The translations under genes and the position numbers were made by a program. Positions 1 through 9,556 of a stretch of DNA of 27,941 nucleotides are shown here, one piece after another. A model generated the notes under the pieces. It worked only from the letters and a program-made list of their open reading frames with translations, had not been told where the DNA came from and ran no database searches. The stretch comes from a virus (Duplodnaviria; Caudoviricetes): the IMG/VR virus record IMGVR_UViG_3300003375_000109, positions 1 to 27,941 of that record. One strand, given 5' to 3'. Position 1 is the stretch's first letter; the number at the start of each line of letters is the position of its first letter.

Positions 1-873
1 ACTGGAGCACATGATTTATCTTCAAATGCTACACAAGCAGAAGGTACTGATTATTCCGCTGGATATTGCAATCTCACGGCATTTAATTCAAATGGATTTA
101 CTGTAGGTTCAACATCTTCTACAAACATTATTAACAACTCTGGTGGCTCTTTTGTAGCATGGCAATGGCAAGCCGGACAAGGAACTAACAACACTAATAC
201 AAACGGAACTATCACATCTACAACTAGCGTAAATGCTACCGCTGGATTTAGTATTGTTACATTTAGCGTTCCCGGAAGTGGTACTTCAGATACTATTGGA
301 CACGGTCTTGGGGCAGTTCCACAGTTAATTATTACAAAATCGAGAAATAATGCTTACAGCTGGGCTACATATCATGTAAGTATTGGCAATGGTCAACGTG
401 TTCTTTTAAACACAACTGATGCCGCTGCTTCTACTACTGCTTGGAATAGCACAACACCAACAAGCTCGGTATTTACTATTGGATCTTCAATTTACGGAAA
501 TGGCAACATGGTTGCATACTGCTGGGCTCCCGTAGCTGGCTTCTCACAGTTTGGTAGCTACACAGGTAATGGTTCAAGTGATGGTCCATTTGTGTACTTA
601 GGATTTAGACCAAAATGGTTAATGATTAAGCGTACTGACGCAACACAAAACTGGACAATAGTAGACACATCAAGAGATACTTATAATGTTGCAAATCAAA
701 GGTTATTTGCTAACTCTAGTAGTTCAGAAGACCAAGGCATTCCTAACTACGCAGACCTTCTTTCAAATGGATTTAAACTAAGAGACCCCAATGTCTCAGA
801 AAACGCATCTGGTGGTACATACATCTACGCAGCCTTTGCCGAAAACCCTTTTAAATACGCTAACGCAAGATAG
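1..873 (+). CDS. Tail fibre/virion protein C-terminus (5'-truncated), DUF7483-like repeats
   Basis: Frame 1 is open from position 1 into the 508..873 ORF. It has the repeated motifs GFSIVTF...TIGHGLGAVPQLIITKSR and FSQFGSYTGNG...LGFRPKWLMIKR...YIYAAFAE, typical of aquatic phage fibre tips. Confidence 0.75.
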   Translation, partial: TGAHDLSSNATQAEGTDYSAGYCNLTAFNSNGFTVGSTSSTNIINNSGGSFVAWQWQAGQGTNNTNTNGTITSTTSVNATAGFSIVTFSVPGSGTSDTIGHGLGAVPQLIITKSRNNAYSWATYHVSIGNGQRVLLNTTDAAASTTAWNSTTPTSSVFTIGSSIYGNGNMVAYCWAPVAGFSQFGSYTGNGSSDGPFVYLGFRPKWLMIKRTDATQNWTIVDTSRDTYNVANQRLFANSSSSEDQGIPNYADLLSNGFKLRDPNVSENASGGTYIYAAFAENPFKYANAR

Positions 874-884
874 GAAACACAAAC

Positions 885-1259
885 ATGGCACACTTTGCTA
901 AAGTTGAAAACAACCTCGTAACCCAAGTCATCGTCGCTGAGCCTGACTTCATTGCCACTGGTGCTTTAGGTGACCCAGCAAGCTGGGTACAGACCTCATA
1001 CAACACCCGTGGTGGAGTTCACTACGGTGCTGACGGTCAGCCTGACAGCGAGCCAGCACTACACAAAAACTACGCCGGTATTGGCTACACCTTTGATGGT
1101 ACAGGCTTTGCGGCACCACAGCCATTCGCATCTTGGACATTGAACCAAGACAGCTACCTCTGGGAGGCACCAGTCGCCTACCCAACAGACGGCAAGCAAT
1201 ATACTTGGAACGAAGAGACCAAGGCGTGGGATGCTGTAACTGAACCAACTCCAGCCTAA
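885..1259 (+). CDS. Tail fibre-associated protein (possible chaperone)
   Basis: MAHFAK...WVQTSYN...KNYAGIGY...W.W motif family, commonly next to fibre genes in aquatic phages. AGGA RBS upstream. Confidence 0.6.
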   Translation: MAHFAKVENNLVTQVIVAEPDFIATGALGDPASWVQTSYNTRGGVHYGADGQPDSEPALHKNYAGIGYTFDGTGFAAPQPFASWTLNQDSYLWEAPVAYPTDGKQYTWNEETKAWDAVTEPTPA

Positions 1260-1272
1260 GAAAGATTAATCC

Positions 1273-1506
1273 GTGGACTTGCAATTTCTAATTAACACCA
1301 TACTGCCACTCATCTGTGTGGTCATTGGATGGTTCTGCAAAGAGCTCTGGACTGCGGTCCAGTCTCTCAAAGAAGATGTTTCCGAATTACGAAATCACCT
1401 TGCTGACAACTATGTCAGAAAAGATGACTTTGCAAGTCGCTGGGATGAGGTACTCAAGGCGGTTCATCGCATTGAGGATAAGTTAGACGCACTAAGAGAT
1501 AAGTAA
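1273..1506 (+). CDS. Small membrane protein, N-terminal TM plus coiled coil (lysis-region, XhlA/holin-like)
   Basis: Hydrophobic segment ILPLICVVIGWF followed by a heptad-rich tail. Located at the start of the lysis cluster. Confidence 0.45.
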   Translation: MDLQFLINTILPLICVVIGWFCKELWTAVQSLKEDVSELRNHLADNYVRKDDFASRWDEVLKAVHRIEDKLDALRDK

Positions 1507-1512
1507 TGCGTA

Positions 1513-1962
1513 ATGACAGACCCATTCGGAATAACACAGGGAGCAAAGACTCTCAGCGGTAGCCTTGACTCCGCCCGGCAAGGATCTAAACAACTAACCA
1601 AGTCCATCGAGGGCATCCAACAAGATGCCGCCGATGTGGCCCACCAAAAAGCCCAAGAGCGCCTACGTGCTCGCAGAGAGGCTGAATTTAAAAAAGAACA
1701 CGCACTCATCAAGGCGCTAGATGAGTGGAAGCGTAAAAAACACATCTCCGACGAGGAGGCCAAACTCAAAATTGACTTTGTCAAAAAGTACGGAGCCAAG
1801 GAGTGGGAGGCGCTACTCAAAATTAAACTGGATATAGAGAATCTTGAACGAAAGAATAACGAAGAATTTCAACATGACCTTAGAGAGGTTAGAAGAGTGC
1901 AGTTCTACTGTTTTGCACTTGCTGCGCTCATTGCGTGGTATCTTACGTGGGGTATTAAATAA
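1513..1962 (+). CDS. Hypothetical coiled-coil protein with C-terminal TM helix
   Basis: Charged helical body ending in FYCFALAALIAWYLTWG. Confidence 0.5.
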   Translation: MTDPFGITQGAKTLSGSLDSARQGSKQLTKSIEGIQQDAADVAHQKAQERLRARREAEFKKEHALIKALDEWKRKKHISDEEAKLKIDFVKKYGAKEWEALLKIKLDIENLERKNNEEFQHDLREVRRVQFYCFALAALIAWYLTWGIK

Positions 1963-2193
1963 ATGAACGATATTTTTAAACACATCTTAACTGGTAAAGA
2001 TAATCAGACCCATGACATAGCCCGCTGGGCATGGATGCTGGGTTTCCTTTTAGTTGGCGCCTCAGCCATCTACCTAATCTACGTCGGCAAAGAGATCAGC
2101 CTGACCGAGCTCGCTGGTGCCCTAGGCATCGTCTCTGGCTCTGGCGCCGCTTCGGTTGCTGGTAAACAAATGTCTGGCGCGGAACCACAATAA
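1963..2193 (+). CDS. Putative holin (2 TM)
   Basis: 76 aa with two hydrophobic segments, directly upstream of and translationally coupled to the spanin gene. Confidence 0.5.
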   Translation: MNDIFKHILTGKDNQTHDIARWAWMLGFLLVGASAIYLIYVGKEISLTELAGALGIVSGSGAASVAGKQMSGAEPQ

Positions 2194-2603
2194 TGTTCCC
2201 CCTTGGAATAATTGAATATGTCAAAATTGCACTTTTTGCTCTGGCTGTTCTTGGGGCTGGCTATACTGGGTATAGCATTGAAGCTGGGCGCTTTGAGCGT
2301 TACAAAATGGAACAAGCGGCAGCAACTCAAAAAGCTCAAGAGCTACATCAGGTCGCCGCAGACGAAATAAGGAAAGACAAAGATGCTAAAATCGCTTCTA
2401 TTAACAATCAGCTGCTCGATGCTGTTAGCCAGCTGCGTAGCCGTCCCAATCGCTCCCAAAGCGCCTCAAATGGATCGTGCGGAACTGGGGCAACCCTTTC
2501 TGCCGAGGATGCAGAATTTCTTGAGCGGGAGGCTGCCAGAGCAGACATCCTCAGAACAGGCCTCGAAGCCTGCTACGAACAATACGACTCGCTAAACAAA
2601 TAA
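2193..2603 (+). CDS. Rz: Rz-like inner-membrane spanin
   Basis: N-terminal TM, Ala/Gln-rich coiled coil, C-terminal ...ARADILRTGLEACYEQYD. Contains an embedded lipoprotein gene. Confidence 0.8.
   Translation: MFPLGIIEYVKIALFALAVLGAGYTGYSIEAGRFERYKMEQAAATQKAQELHQVAADEIRKDKDAKIASINNQLLDAVSQLRSRPNRSQSASNGSCGTGATLSAEDAEFLEREAARADILRTGLEACYEQYDSLNK
2383..2595 (+). CDS. Rz1: Rz1-like outer-membrane lipoprotein spanin, embedded in Rz in the +1 frame
   Basis: Signal peptide with lipobox LAS-C (MLKSLLLTISCSMLLASC), Pro-rich mature part, AAGGA upstream. Confidence 0.75.
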   Translation: MLKSLLLTISCSMLLASCVAVPIAPKAPQMDRAELGQPFLPRMQNFLSGRLPEQTSSEQASKPATNNTTR

Positions 2604-2610
2604 ACCCCCA

Positions 2611-2626
2611 ATTTGCGTATTAGTAG
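2611..2626 (+). promoter_or_regulatory. Conserved motif ATTTGCGTATTAGTAG upstream of endolysin
   Basis: Identical 16-mer at 24676-24691 on the - strand. The core also occurs at 3183, 9557 and 26295. Confidence 0.6.
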
Positions 2627-2650
2627 TACGGCGCAAAGTAAGGAGCAAAG

Positions 2651-3169
2651 ATGAAAAAGTTGTTACCGATCCTTTTTTGGATCCTTGGCATTATCGCAGC
2701 AATACATATCACCAACCGCTATACCCATATTGAAGAGAATTTAATGGCAATCGCAGAATCTACATTAGACTTCATTACCAAAGAAGAAGGCTCCCGCAAC
2801 AAGGCCTACAAGGACTCTAAAGGACTGCCTACCATTGGCGTGGGTCACCTCATTCGTCCAGCCGAACAACACCTACTTACCGCTACCCTATCCGATGATG
2901 AAGTCAAAGAGCTCCTCAGAAGCGATTTAAAGTGGTGTAGCGAGGCCGTTGAGAGTTCGGTGAAGGTATCCCTTACCCAGAACCAATTTGACGCCCTATA
3001 CAGCCTCTGCTTCAATATTGGGGCATCTGCTTTTAAGAACTCTACCGTGGTTCGTAAAATCAACGAAAATGACCTCAAAGGGGCCGCTGACGCCATTTTG
3101 ATGTGGAACAAACCCGCAGTCCTGCAAAAGCGCAGAGAACGCGAAAGAGCACTGTTTTTAGGGGCGTAA
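2651..3169 (+). CDS. Endolysin, GH24 lysozyme with N-terminal hydrophobic signal/SAR segment
   Basis: Catalytic E-x8-D-x5-T pattern (EGSRNKAYKDSKGLPTIGVGH), QNQFDAL..FNIG and KRRERE motifs. AAGGAG RBS. Confidence 0.92.
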   Translation: MKKLLPILFWILGIIAAIHITNRYTHIEENLMAIAESTLDFITKEEGSRNKAYKDSKGLPTIGVGHLIRPAEQHLLTATLSDDEVKELLRSDLKWCSEAVESSVKVSLTQNQFDALYSLCFNIGASAFKNSTVVRKINENDLKGAADAILMWNKPAVLQKRRERERALFLGA

Positions 3170-3180
3170 AAGCCCTTTTT
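3162..3180 (+). terminator. Weak intrinsic terminator after endolysin
   Basis: GGGC-GTAAAA-GCCC followed by TTTTT. Confidence 0.35.
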
Positions 3181-3182
3181 AA

Positions 3183-3193
3183 CGTATTAGTAG
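3183..3193 (+). promoter_or_regulatory. Conserved motif CGTATTAGTAG
   Basis: Copy of the repeated motif, about 40 nt upstream of ATG 3234. Confidence 0.55.
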
Positions 3194-3233
3194 ATATAAG
3201 GGCTGATCACCCATTTTAACCTCGAGGAATCCC

Positions 3234-4010
3234 ATGGACGATTTTAAGTCAAACACTAAAATGCAATGCTTCAAAGAAGGTGGAAGCGTTCAGTATAAAT
3301 CACGTCGCTCTGCTACTATGTCTGAATCTAAAGACATCGCAGAAGATAAAAAGATTGTTAAAAAAGCAATCGCCATGCACGATGCCCAAGAGCACAAGGG
3401 TGAAAAGACTGACCTCTCCAAACTCAAAAAAGGTGGTCGTTCTAAAAAGGCAGTCGGTACTGTTAAAAAATACAAAACTGGTGGCTCTGTAACTAACGTA
3501 TACGAGGCCAAGAAGTCTTCTGGTGACAAGGACAACATCCGTAAAACTAAAGACATCAAACCTGGTAAAGCAGAGGCCCCTTCTCGTGCAGCTGTAAAGT
3601 CTAAAGACTTCGGTGCCAAGACTGTTGGTGCCTCTGGCCACAAAGACCCATACATCAAGAGCAAAGAATCCGGAAAATCTGCAAGCGCTCCGTCTGCTGC
3701 AGACTCATCAAAAAACTCTCCAGCAAAATTTTGCGGCGGTAAGTCTGTACGCAAGATGGCTAACGGCGGCAATCTTCCTGCCCCTACCCCAATGGCCCAG
3801 GCTGGTTCACAGCAGGCCGCTCTTCTCAATGCACTCCCAGGTAAGGCAAGCGAAATCGAACGCGCACAAATGGCCGCACGTGCACGTAATGCGCTTAAGT
3901 ACCTAGGACCAGCACAACAGTCTGAGTTTGTTAACCAAGGCGGCATGAATCCAACTCCTAGCATACCAGCACAAAAGCGTGGTGGTAAGGTTAAAAAGGA
4001 TTGCAAATAA
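3234..4010 (+). CDS. Lys-rich low-complexity protein with six xxxGG motifs (putative capsid-internal protein)
   Basis: FKEGGSV, LKKGG, YKTGGSV, KFCGG, MANGG, QKRGGKV. GAGG RBS. Confidence 0.6.
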   Translation: MDDFKSNTKMQCFKEGGSVQYKSRRSATMSESKDIAEDKKIVKKAIAMHDAQEHKGEKTDLSKLKKGGRSKKAVGTVKKYKTGGSVTNVYEAKKSSGDKDNIRKTKDIKPGKAEAPSRAAVKSKDFGAKTVGASGHKDPYIKSKESGKSASAPSAADSSKNSPAKFCGGKSVRKMANGGNLPAPTPMAQAGSQQAALLNALPGKASEIERAQMAARARNALKYLGPAQQSEFVNQGGMNPTPSIPAQKRGGKVKKDCK

Positions 4011-4177
4011 TGCCGATCAAATCTAAGGCCCAACAGGGCGCTATGTACGCCGCTGCGGCTGGCAAGTCAACTCTTGGTATCCCTAAAAAGGTAGGCAAAG
4101 AGTTTGTAAAGGCAGGCCCTGCATCATCTAAATTACCGAATAAAGTACCTAAAAAAGCCGCTGGCCGGGGACGTTAA
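4010..4177 (+). CDS. Small basic protein, 55 aa ([33 protein letters not shown]...), not in ORF track
   Basis: TAATG overlap with the upstream stop; ends 1 nt before the next ATG. The MPxKSKAQ start is typical of small basic phage proteins. Confidence 0.75.
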   Translation: MPIKSKAQQGAMYAAAAGKSTLGIPKKVGKEFVKAGPASSKLPNKVPKKAAGRGR

Positions 4178-5257
4178 ATGGCGTATTCAAACACAACTGG
4201 TCAAACAAAAATCAATGTTGACCAGTTAATTTCTTTTGCGTTTCGTGATGCTGGTAAGATGGCAGAAGAAATTACGCCTGAGTATATTACCGCTGGTAAA
4301 CAGGCGCTGTTTTACAATTTACAAAACCTATCTAATCTAGGTGTTAACCTTTGGCTCTTAGAGGACAAAGTTGTTGGTGCTCAGACTAACGAGCAGTGGA
4401 TTACTCTACCATCAACAACGATTGATGTTAGAGAAGCAAACTGGGTATACATCGTAAACCCATCAATCTCTAGCGCACTGCCATTAGATAACGCTAATGC
4501 TCCTGCGTTGTTCAATCAAACAACCAACGCTGATTTAAACCTACACGCCACATCTACCCTTAGTGAAAACTATTTTGGCGCGGCGTATGGTCAGCAGACT
4601 CGTATATTCTATGTTGGCTTTAATGCCTATGCGCCGGCCGGTGCAGTAACATACAGCCTAGACTTAGAAGTTAGTAACGATGGTACTAACTGGAGTGTAT
4701 GGGAGTCGTTTGAAGACACCACACTGACAGATCGTAACTGGGCATACTTTACCATCAATGCCACACAACAGTTCTATTACTATCGTCTTAAGAACCGCAA
4801 CACAACCAGCACATTCGCATTACGTGCTATTCAGTTTGCGCAATCACAACAGGTTATTCCATTAGCACGTCTAAATCGTGATGACTACTGGAATCTACCA
4901 AACAAACAATTCCCAAGCCAACGTTCACTACAGTACTGGTATGATCGTCAGATCGAGCCAAAGATGTATCTATGGCCTGTACCAAACAACAACTACCAAG
5001 TATTTCAGTTAATCATTGAAAAACAAATGGAAGACGTTGGTACACTGACCAATGAAATCTATGTGCCAGATCGTTGGATTAACTCTGTTCAGGCCTCTTT
5101 ATCTCATCGTCTTTCGATGCAAATACCTGGCGTTGATCAGACTCGTATTCAATACTTGGAGGGCTTGGCCGAGAAATACTTTATGCAAGCCAACAACGAA
5201 GAGCGTGATAAGTCACCTATCTACTTCCAACCTAACTTTAGTTACTACACACGATGA
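4178..5257 (+). CDS. Head-tail adaptor/tail tubular A-like protein with inserted discoidin-like domain
   Basis: Adaptor-type motifs ..Y..LPNK...P..YWYDRQ...YLWPVP, and a central insert with LEVSNDGTNW...YYYRL (F5/8 type C-like). Confidence 0.6.
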   Translation: MAYSNTTGQTKINVDQLISFAFRDAGKMAEEITPEYITAGKQALFYNLQNLSNLGVNLWLLEDKVVGAQTNEQWITLPSTTIDVREANWVYIVNPSISSALPLDNANAPALFNQTTNADLNLHATSTLSENYFGAAYGQQTRIFYVGFNAYAPAGAVTYSLDLEVSNDGTNWSVWESFEDTTLTDRNWAYFTINATQQFYYYRLKNRNTTSTFALRAIQFAQSQQVIPLARLNRDDYWNLPNKQFPSQRSLQYWYDRQIEPKMYLWPVPNNNYQVFQLIIEKQMEDVGTLTNEIYVPDRWINSVQASLSHRLSMQIPGVDQTRIQYLEGLAEKYFMQANNEERDKSPIYFQPNFSYYTR

Positions 5258-5868
5258 GCGTTATTCAGACCTACGATTCGCTGGTACTTAACATCCAGCA
5301 ATATATGGAGCGTAACGATGCTGACTTCGTGGCGCAGATTCCCAACCTAATCGCGTTGGCTGAGTCTTCTATCGCCGCTGAGTTAAAGACATACATGCAA
5401 CTAATCGTGGTCGAGACATCACTGGCGCAGAATCAAGAGGTACTAAACAAACCAGCAAGATGGCGTAAGACTGTTAGTATGAAGACTAACGGAACACCAA
5501 TTTTATTACGTAGCCAGGATTATGTATCTCAGTATCTATCTGAATCAGATCCAGGTACACCAAAGTATTACGCTGATTATGACTACAACAACTGGAACTT
5601 TGCTCCTGTTCCAGATCAAGCCTATCCAGTAGAAATTATTTACTACGCAGAGATTCAGCCGCTTGATGCAACCAATCAACAAAATTTATGGACCGCTATT
5701 GCACCACAGGCAATGTTATTTGGTTCTTTGTTGCAAGCTCAGGGCTACTTAAAGGCACTGGATAAATTGCCTGTATGGAAACAATACTACACAGACGCAA
5801 TTGCTGCGCTTAAGAAAGAAGATAACAGTCGCCGTGTCGACAGAAACGTATCGGTTCAGGAACCTTAA
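5254..5868 (+). CDS. Second head-tail adaptor-like protein
   Basis: TYDSL...IPNLIALAE...GTPKYYA...FAPVPDQAY...N.W...P..MLFGSL pattern of phage adaptor proteins. ATGA overlap. Confidence 0.65.
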   Translation: MSVIQTYDSLVLNIQQYMERNDADFVAQIPNLIALAESSIAAELKTYMQLIVVETSLAQNQEVLNKPARWRKTVSMKTNGTPILLRSQDYVSQYLSESDPGTPKYYADYDYNNWNFAPVPDQAYPVEIIYYAEIQPLDATNQQNLWTAIAPQAMLFGSLLQAQGYLKALDKLPVWKQYYTDAIAALKKEDNSRRVDRNVSVQEP

Positions 5869-5871
5869 TAT

Positions 5872-7149
5872 ATGACAACACCAGTCTACACATCGCCGTT
5901 TACCGGCACAGTTGTTACTCCAACGGATGTATCTTACTATGCCCTACCGTTTAGCTCTAACCAGCAACTTTACTGGCCCTCTACTGTTAACGGTCAGCAA
6001 GTTCCTGCTGCTCGTATTATGGATTGCGTTGCTAGTGTTGGTAGTTTATATATTGCGTTACCGGCTGCTGACCAAGGCACGGTCGGTGCTGACATTTTGT
6101 TTCGCAACCGTGGTGCGGTTGCATTTACAATTACAGACGCTACTGGCGGAGCATCGGTTAGCGTCCCAGCTGGTGTTTCTCTTTATTTTTACCTGTCTGA
6201 CAATACTAGCAAGGCTGGCGTTTGGCAAAATGTAACCTTTGGTACTGGCACCTCTGCGGCTGATGCTGCTACATTGGCAGGTTATGGTCTGGCAGCTATT
6301 AATGGTAAATTGGCAACAACACAAAACGTTATTGACATTACCAGCACACCGTCTATTACAGACGCAAGCCGTGCCTCTACTTATGTATGGAACAGCGGCC
6401 TTGGTAATTTAAACTTACCAAACGTCTCGTCTATAACACCTGGTTGGTTTATTGGCTTTAGAAATTCTGGTAGTGGTGCACTTACTATCACCCCAGTATC
6501 GCCATCATTGATCAATGGCACTGTTTCTATTACTGCCAACCCAGGTGACTCTGGTTTTATTTTTTATGACCAGTCTACGGCTAACTTTGTTACTGTTGGT
6601 TTAACAGCGCCATCAAACGTTACCTTTACTGCAGAGACATTTGACGTTGATGCTATTGTTGGAGATACATTAAACTTGGTGTCTTTTGCGCCAATCATTC
6701 AGACATACATCTCCCAGTCCTCAGTAAGAACTACTACACTAAACGTAATATTGCCTGCCATTACCCAGATTTATGTTTTGGTAAATAATACTGGTGATTC
6801 ACTTTATGATATTTCGTTTTCTATCACTGGTAGCTCACAACCACCATTGGTATTAGGTAACGGTGCAATTGCCACAGTGTTAAGTGATGGTGCAAACTTA
6901 TATCCATTGACTCAATCATCAACAGGTCTATACTTTGCAGCTAACGGTAGCGCCGCCGCGCCATCGTTCTCATTTAATAATGACCACGCAACCGGTATGT
7001 ACTTAGCTGGTACCAGCGTATTAGGTTTAGCTGCGCATGGTACTGAGATTATTAATATTGATGCCACTAATCTTTCAGCACCGCTAACTACAGTCACTGG
7101 TAAATTAGCAGCCACATTAACAGCAGTCTCTGGCGGAACATTTAGCTAA
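5872..7149 (+). CDS. Virion structural protein (tail fibre/appendage-like, beta-rich)
   Basis: Thr/Ser/Gly-rich beta repeats and a C-terminal GSAAAPSFSF..D..TGMY fibre motif. Confidence 0.55.
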   Translation: MTTPVYTSPFTGTVVTPTDVSYYALPFSSNQQLYWPSTVNGQQVPAARIMDCVASVGSLYIALPAADQGTVGADILFRNRGAVAFTITDATGGASVSVPAGVSLYFYLSDNTSKAGVWQNVTFGTGTSAADAATLAGYGLAAINGKLATTQNVIDITSTPSITDASRASTYVWNSGLGNLNLPNVSSITPGWFIGFRNSGSGALTITPVSPSLINGTVSITANPGDSGFIFYDQSTANFVTVGLTAPSNVTFTAETFDVDAIVGDTLNLVSFAPIIQTYISQSSVRTTTLNVILPAITQIYVLVNNTGDSLYDISFSITGSSQPPLVLGNGAIATVLSDGANLYPLTQSSTGLYFAANGSAAAPSFSFNNDHATGMYLAGTSVLGLAAHGTEIINIDATNLSAPLTTVTGKLAATLTAVSGGTFS

Positions 7150-9281
7150 TGGCTGACGGATCTTCAGAAAGCCTCACGCAGTATTCACAGATTTATGCAC
7201 TAGCCATTCCGGCAGGCATAAAGCGTGATGGTACCATATTTCAGGCTGATCAATTTACCGACGGCACCTGGTGCCGTTTTCAACGTGGTGATGCGAAAAA
7301 AATAGGCGGATACCGCACGCTGTTTAACGGCGTGGCGGGTATCTATCGCGGTATGATTGCACAGCCATCCGGTGGTGTTAACTACATCTTTGCGGGTAAC
7401 GCATTTGGATTAGAGGCCTTTAATACTAGCATTACATTTGCCACTGGTAGTGGTCCTTTTCCTGTTGAAATTTTACCAGGTACCGTTCGGTTTACTTTGG
7501 TCTCTCATACATCTCCAAGTTTTGTAATCGCTGGAGATGTAACCTCTCATTTTACTGCAGGCACAAAGGTAATCTTTGATCAAATAACGCCTGTCACCTA
7601 TACTGTTTTATCCTCCTCTTATTCTTCACCAAACACCACAGTAACGTTAACAACTGCGTATACTGGCGCCACTTCTTATGTTTGGTTAAATGACGAAGAT
7701 GTATTTTCTCCAGATTTAGTAGATGGCCCCTATCGTAATTTGTGGCAGTTTGATGCCCAGTTTAGTCCACAAAGTAATGTGCTATCTATTTTAGCTCATC
7801 CAGGTCTAAATTTAGTTAACATTGACAATGAACAAAAGACACAAGTCTTAGTAGGTAACGTTGTTCCTAACGCAAACAATAGCTGGTATTTTACTGGATT
7901 GTCTGATAGCGAAGGTCAAAACCCAACCTACACACCAATTAAGGTAGATGGTGGTGTTTGTGTATTGTATCCATTTATTTTTGTGTATGGATCTAATGGT
8001 TTTATTGCCAACAACAACGTAAGCTCAACTTATCTTGATAGAAACTTCTATGATTGGAATGGGTCATTAGCTAACCAAACCAACGTATCTTCATCCAAAG
8101 TCGTTAAGGGTGCCGTAATGCGTGGTGGTACTAACTCACCGTCTGGTTTGTTTTGGGCGACTGACTCTTTAATTCGTGTCACATTCACTGCCACGTCACC
8201 AGACTACTGGCGTTACGATATTATTTCTAGCCAAATCTCTATCATGTCCTCTAGTTCAGTGGTGGAGATGGATGGCGTGTATTTCTGGATGGGTGTTGAC
8301 CGTTACTATTTATACAACGGCCAAGTACAAGTATTACCAAACGATAAGAACGTGAACTGGTTATTTGATAACCTTAACTACGAACAGCGTCAAAAGGTTT
8401 GGGCTACTAAGGTCCCACGCTATAATGAGATTTGGTTCTTTTATCCACGTGGTACCAACACAGAGTGTACCGATGCTATTATCTACAACGTAAAAGACAA
8501 GCTCTGGTACGATGCGGGTGAGGCAGAAGGCGCTCGTCGTTCTTGTGGTTATACCACTGAATTGTTTCCGACACCTATCTGGGCTGATTGGCAATATGAA
8601 ATAACATATAACAATCCTATTACTGTAATTAATCATCCTGCCAGTTTATCTGCCCCGGCAGCAAATCAATTTTATGCCTCTGGTGATATTACTCCAGAAT
8701 TATCCCCTGGAGATTATTTCTCATTATCTAATGTACCTGGTGATGCAGTTTATCAGGTGGTTACCTCTAACCATATCTACAATACAACAATCGGGACACC
8801 GGGTGTTACATTAATAACTGCATCGACTGATTTTACAATTACACCTATCGCTGGTGCTTTAGTATATCCATTTGTTGGTGGTTATAATATTTGGCAACAT
8901 GAATTTGGTTACAACAAGATTGCACTAAACGGTGAGTTTGCTGTGTACTCCAGTATTACTACCAGTGACATTAGCTGGCTGACTGGTAATCCCAGCGGAG
9001 ATAATTTGATTGGTGTTAATCGCCGTATGCACTTACGTCGTGTTGAGCCTAACTTTTTACAGTCTGGTACTATGGCGATGACTATCTTGGGTCGTAAATT
9101 TGCTGGTGGTCAAAATGAAGAAAACTCTGGACCATATTATTTTACCCAAGAGACTGGTAAGATTGATTTGCGTGTAGAGTATCGCTTGGTTCGCTTACAG
9201 TTTGAATCAAATGAAATTAATGGTAACTATGAGATGGGTCGTAATCTGATTACTGCAGAGTACGGCGACGAGCGTCCATGA
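7149..9281 (+). CDS. Tail nozzle/stabilisation protein (tail tubular B / P22 gp10-like)
   Basis: 710 aa beta-propeller-like protein with YFWMG...YLYNG and EIWFFYP motifs. Follows the adaptors and precedes the ejection genes. Confidence 0.6.
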   Translation: MADGSSESLTQYSQIYALAIPAGIKRDGTIFQADQFTDGTWCRFQRGDAKKIGGYRTLFNGVAGIYRGMIAQPSGGVNYIFAGNAFGLEAFNTSITFATGSGPFPVEILPGTVRFTLVSHTSPSFVIAGDVTSHFTAGTKVIFDQITPVTYTVLSSSYSSPNTTVTLTTAYTGATSYVWLNDEDVFSPDLVDGPYRNLWQFDAQFSPQSNVLSILAHPGLNLVNIDNEQKTQVLVGNVVPNANNSWYFTGLSDSEGQNPTYTPIKVDGGVCVLYPFIFVYGSNGFIANNNVSSTYLDRNFYDWNGSLANQTNVSSSKVVKGAVMRGGTNSPSGLFWATDSLIRVTFTATSPDYWRYDIISSQISIMSSSSVVEMDGVYFWMGVDRYYLYNGQVQVLPNDKNVNWLFDNLNYEQRQKVWATKVPRYNEIWFFYPRGTNTECTDAIIYNVKDKLWYDAGEAEGARRSCGYTTELFPTPIWADWQYEITYNNPITVINHPASLSAPAANQFYASGDITPELSPGDYFSLSNVPGDAVYQVVTSNHIYNTTIGTPGVTLITASTDFTITPIAGALVYPFVGGYNIWQHEFGYNKIALNGEFAVYSSITTSDISWLTGNPSGDNLIGVNRRMHLRRVEPNFLQSGTMAMTILGRKFAGGQNEENSGPYYFTQETGKIDLRVEYRLVRLQFESNEINGNYEMGRNLITAEYGDERP

Positions 9282-9532
9282 CGACCAATGTGCAGTTTTT
9301 TCCTTATGCTCCAGATTATATGAGTTGGGAAGACTGGAACGGTAATCTGCTAGTATTTTATTCAGAAAACCCTATTCCATTTCATCCGGAAGAAGACTGG
9401 ATGATGACGGCAAATGCCTTGGCTGGGCTGTCTACATTCTCAAAATACCCAGTCCCAACGCCAGAAACCTTTCCGGACTGGCAAAGCTGGGCCAAGGAAT
9501 TTACCTTAATAATCAATGGGACAACACAATAA
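9278..9532 (+). CDS. Hypothetical Trp-rich protein (probable virion component)
   Basis: ATGA overlap with the upstream gene; 84 aa. Confidence 0.55.
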   Translation: MTTNVQFFPYAPDYMSWEDWNGNLLVFYSENPIPFHPEEDWMMTANALAGLSTFSKYPVPTPETFPDWQSWAKEFTLIINGTTQ

Positions 9533-9556
9533 TTTAGGCCAGAAAAGCCAAAAAGC

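Noticed and set aside
3290-4033. 247-aa antisense ORF, and other long antisense ORFs such as 10670-11179 and 11633-12064
   Set aside because: Shadows of codon-biased or low-complexity sense genes; no RBS or recognisable motifs.
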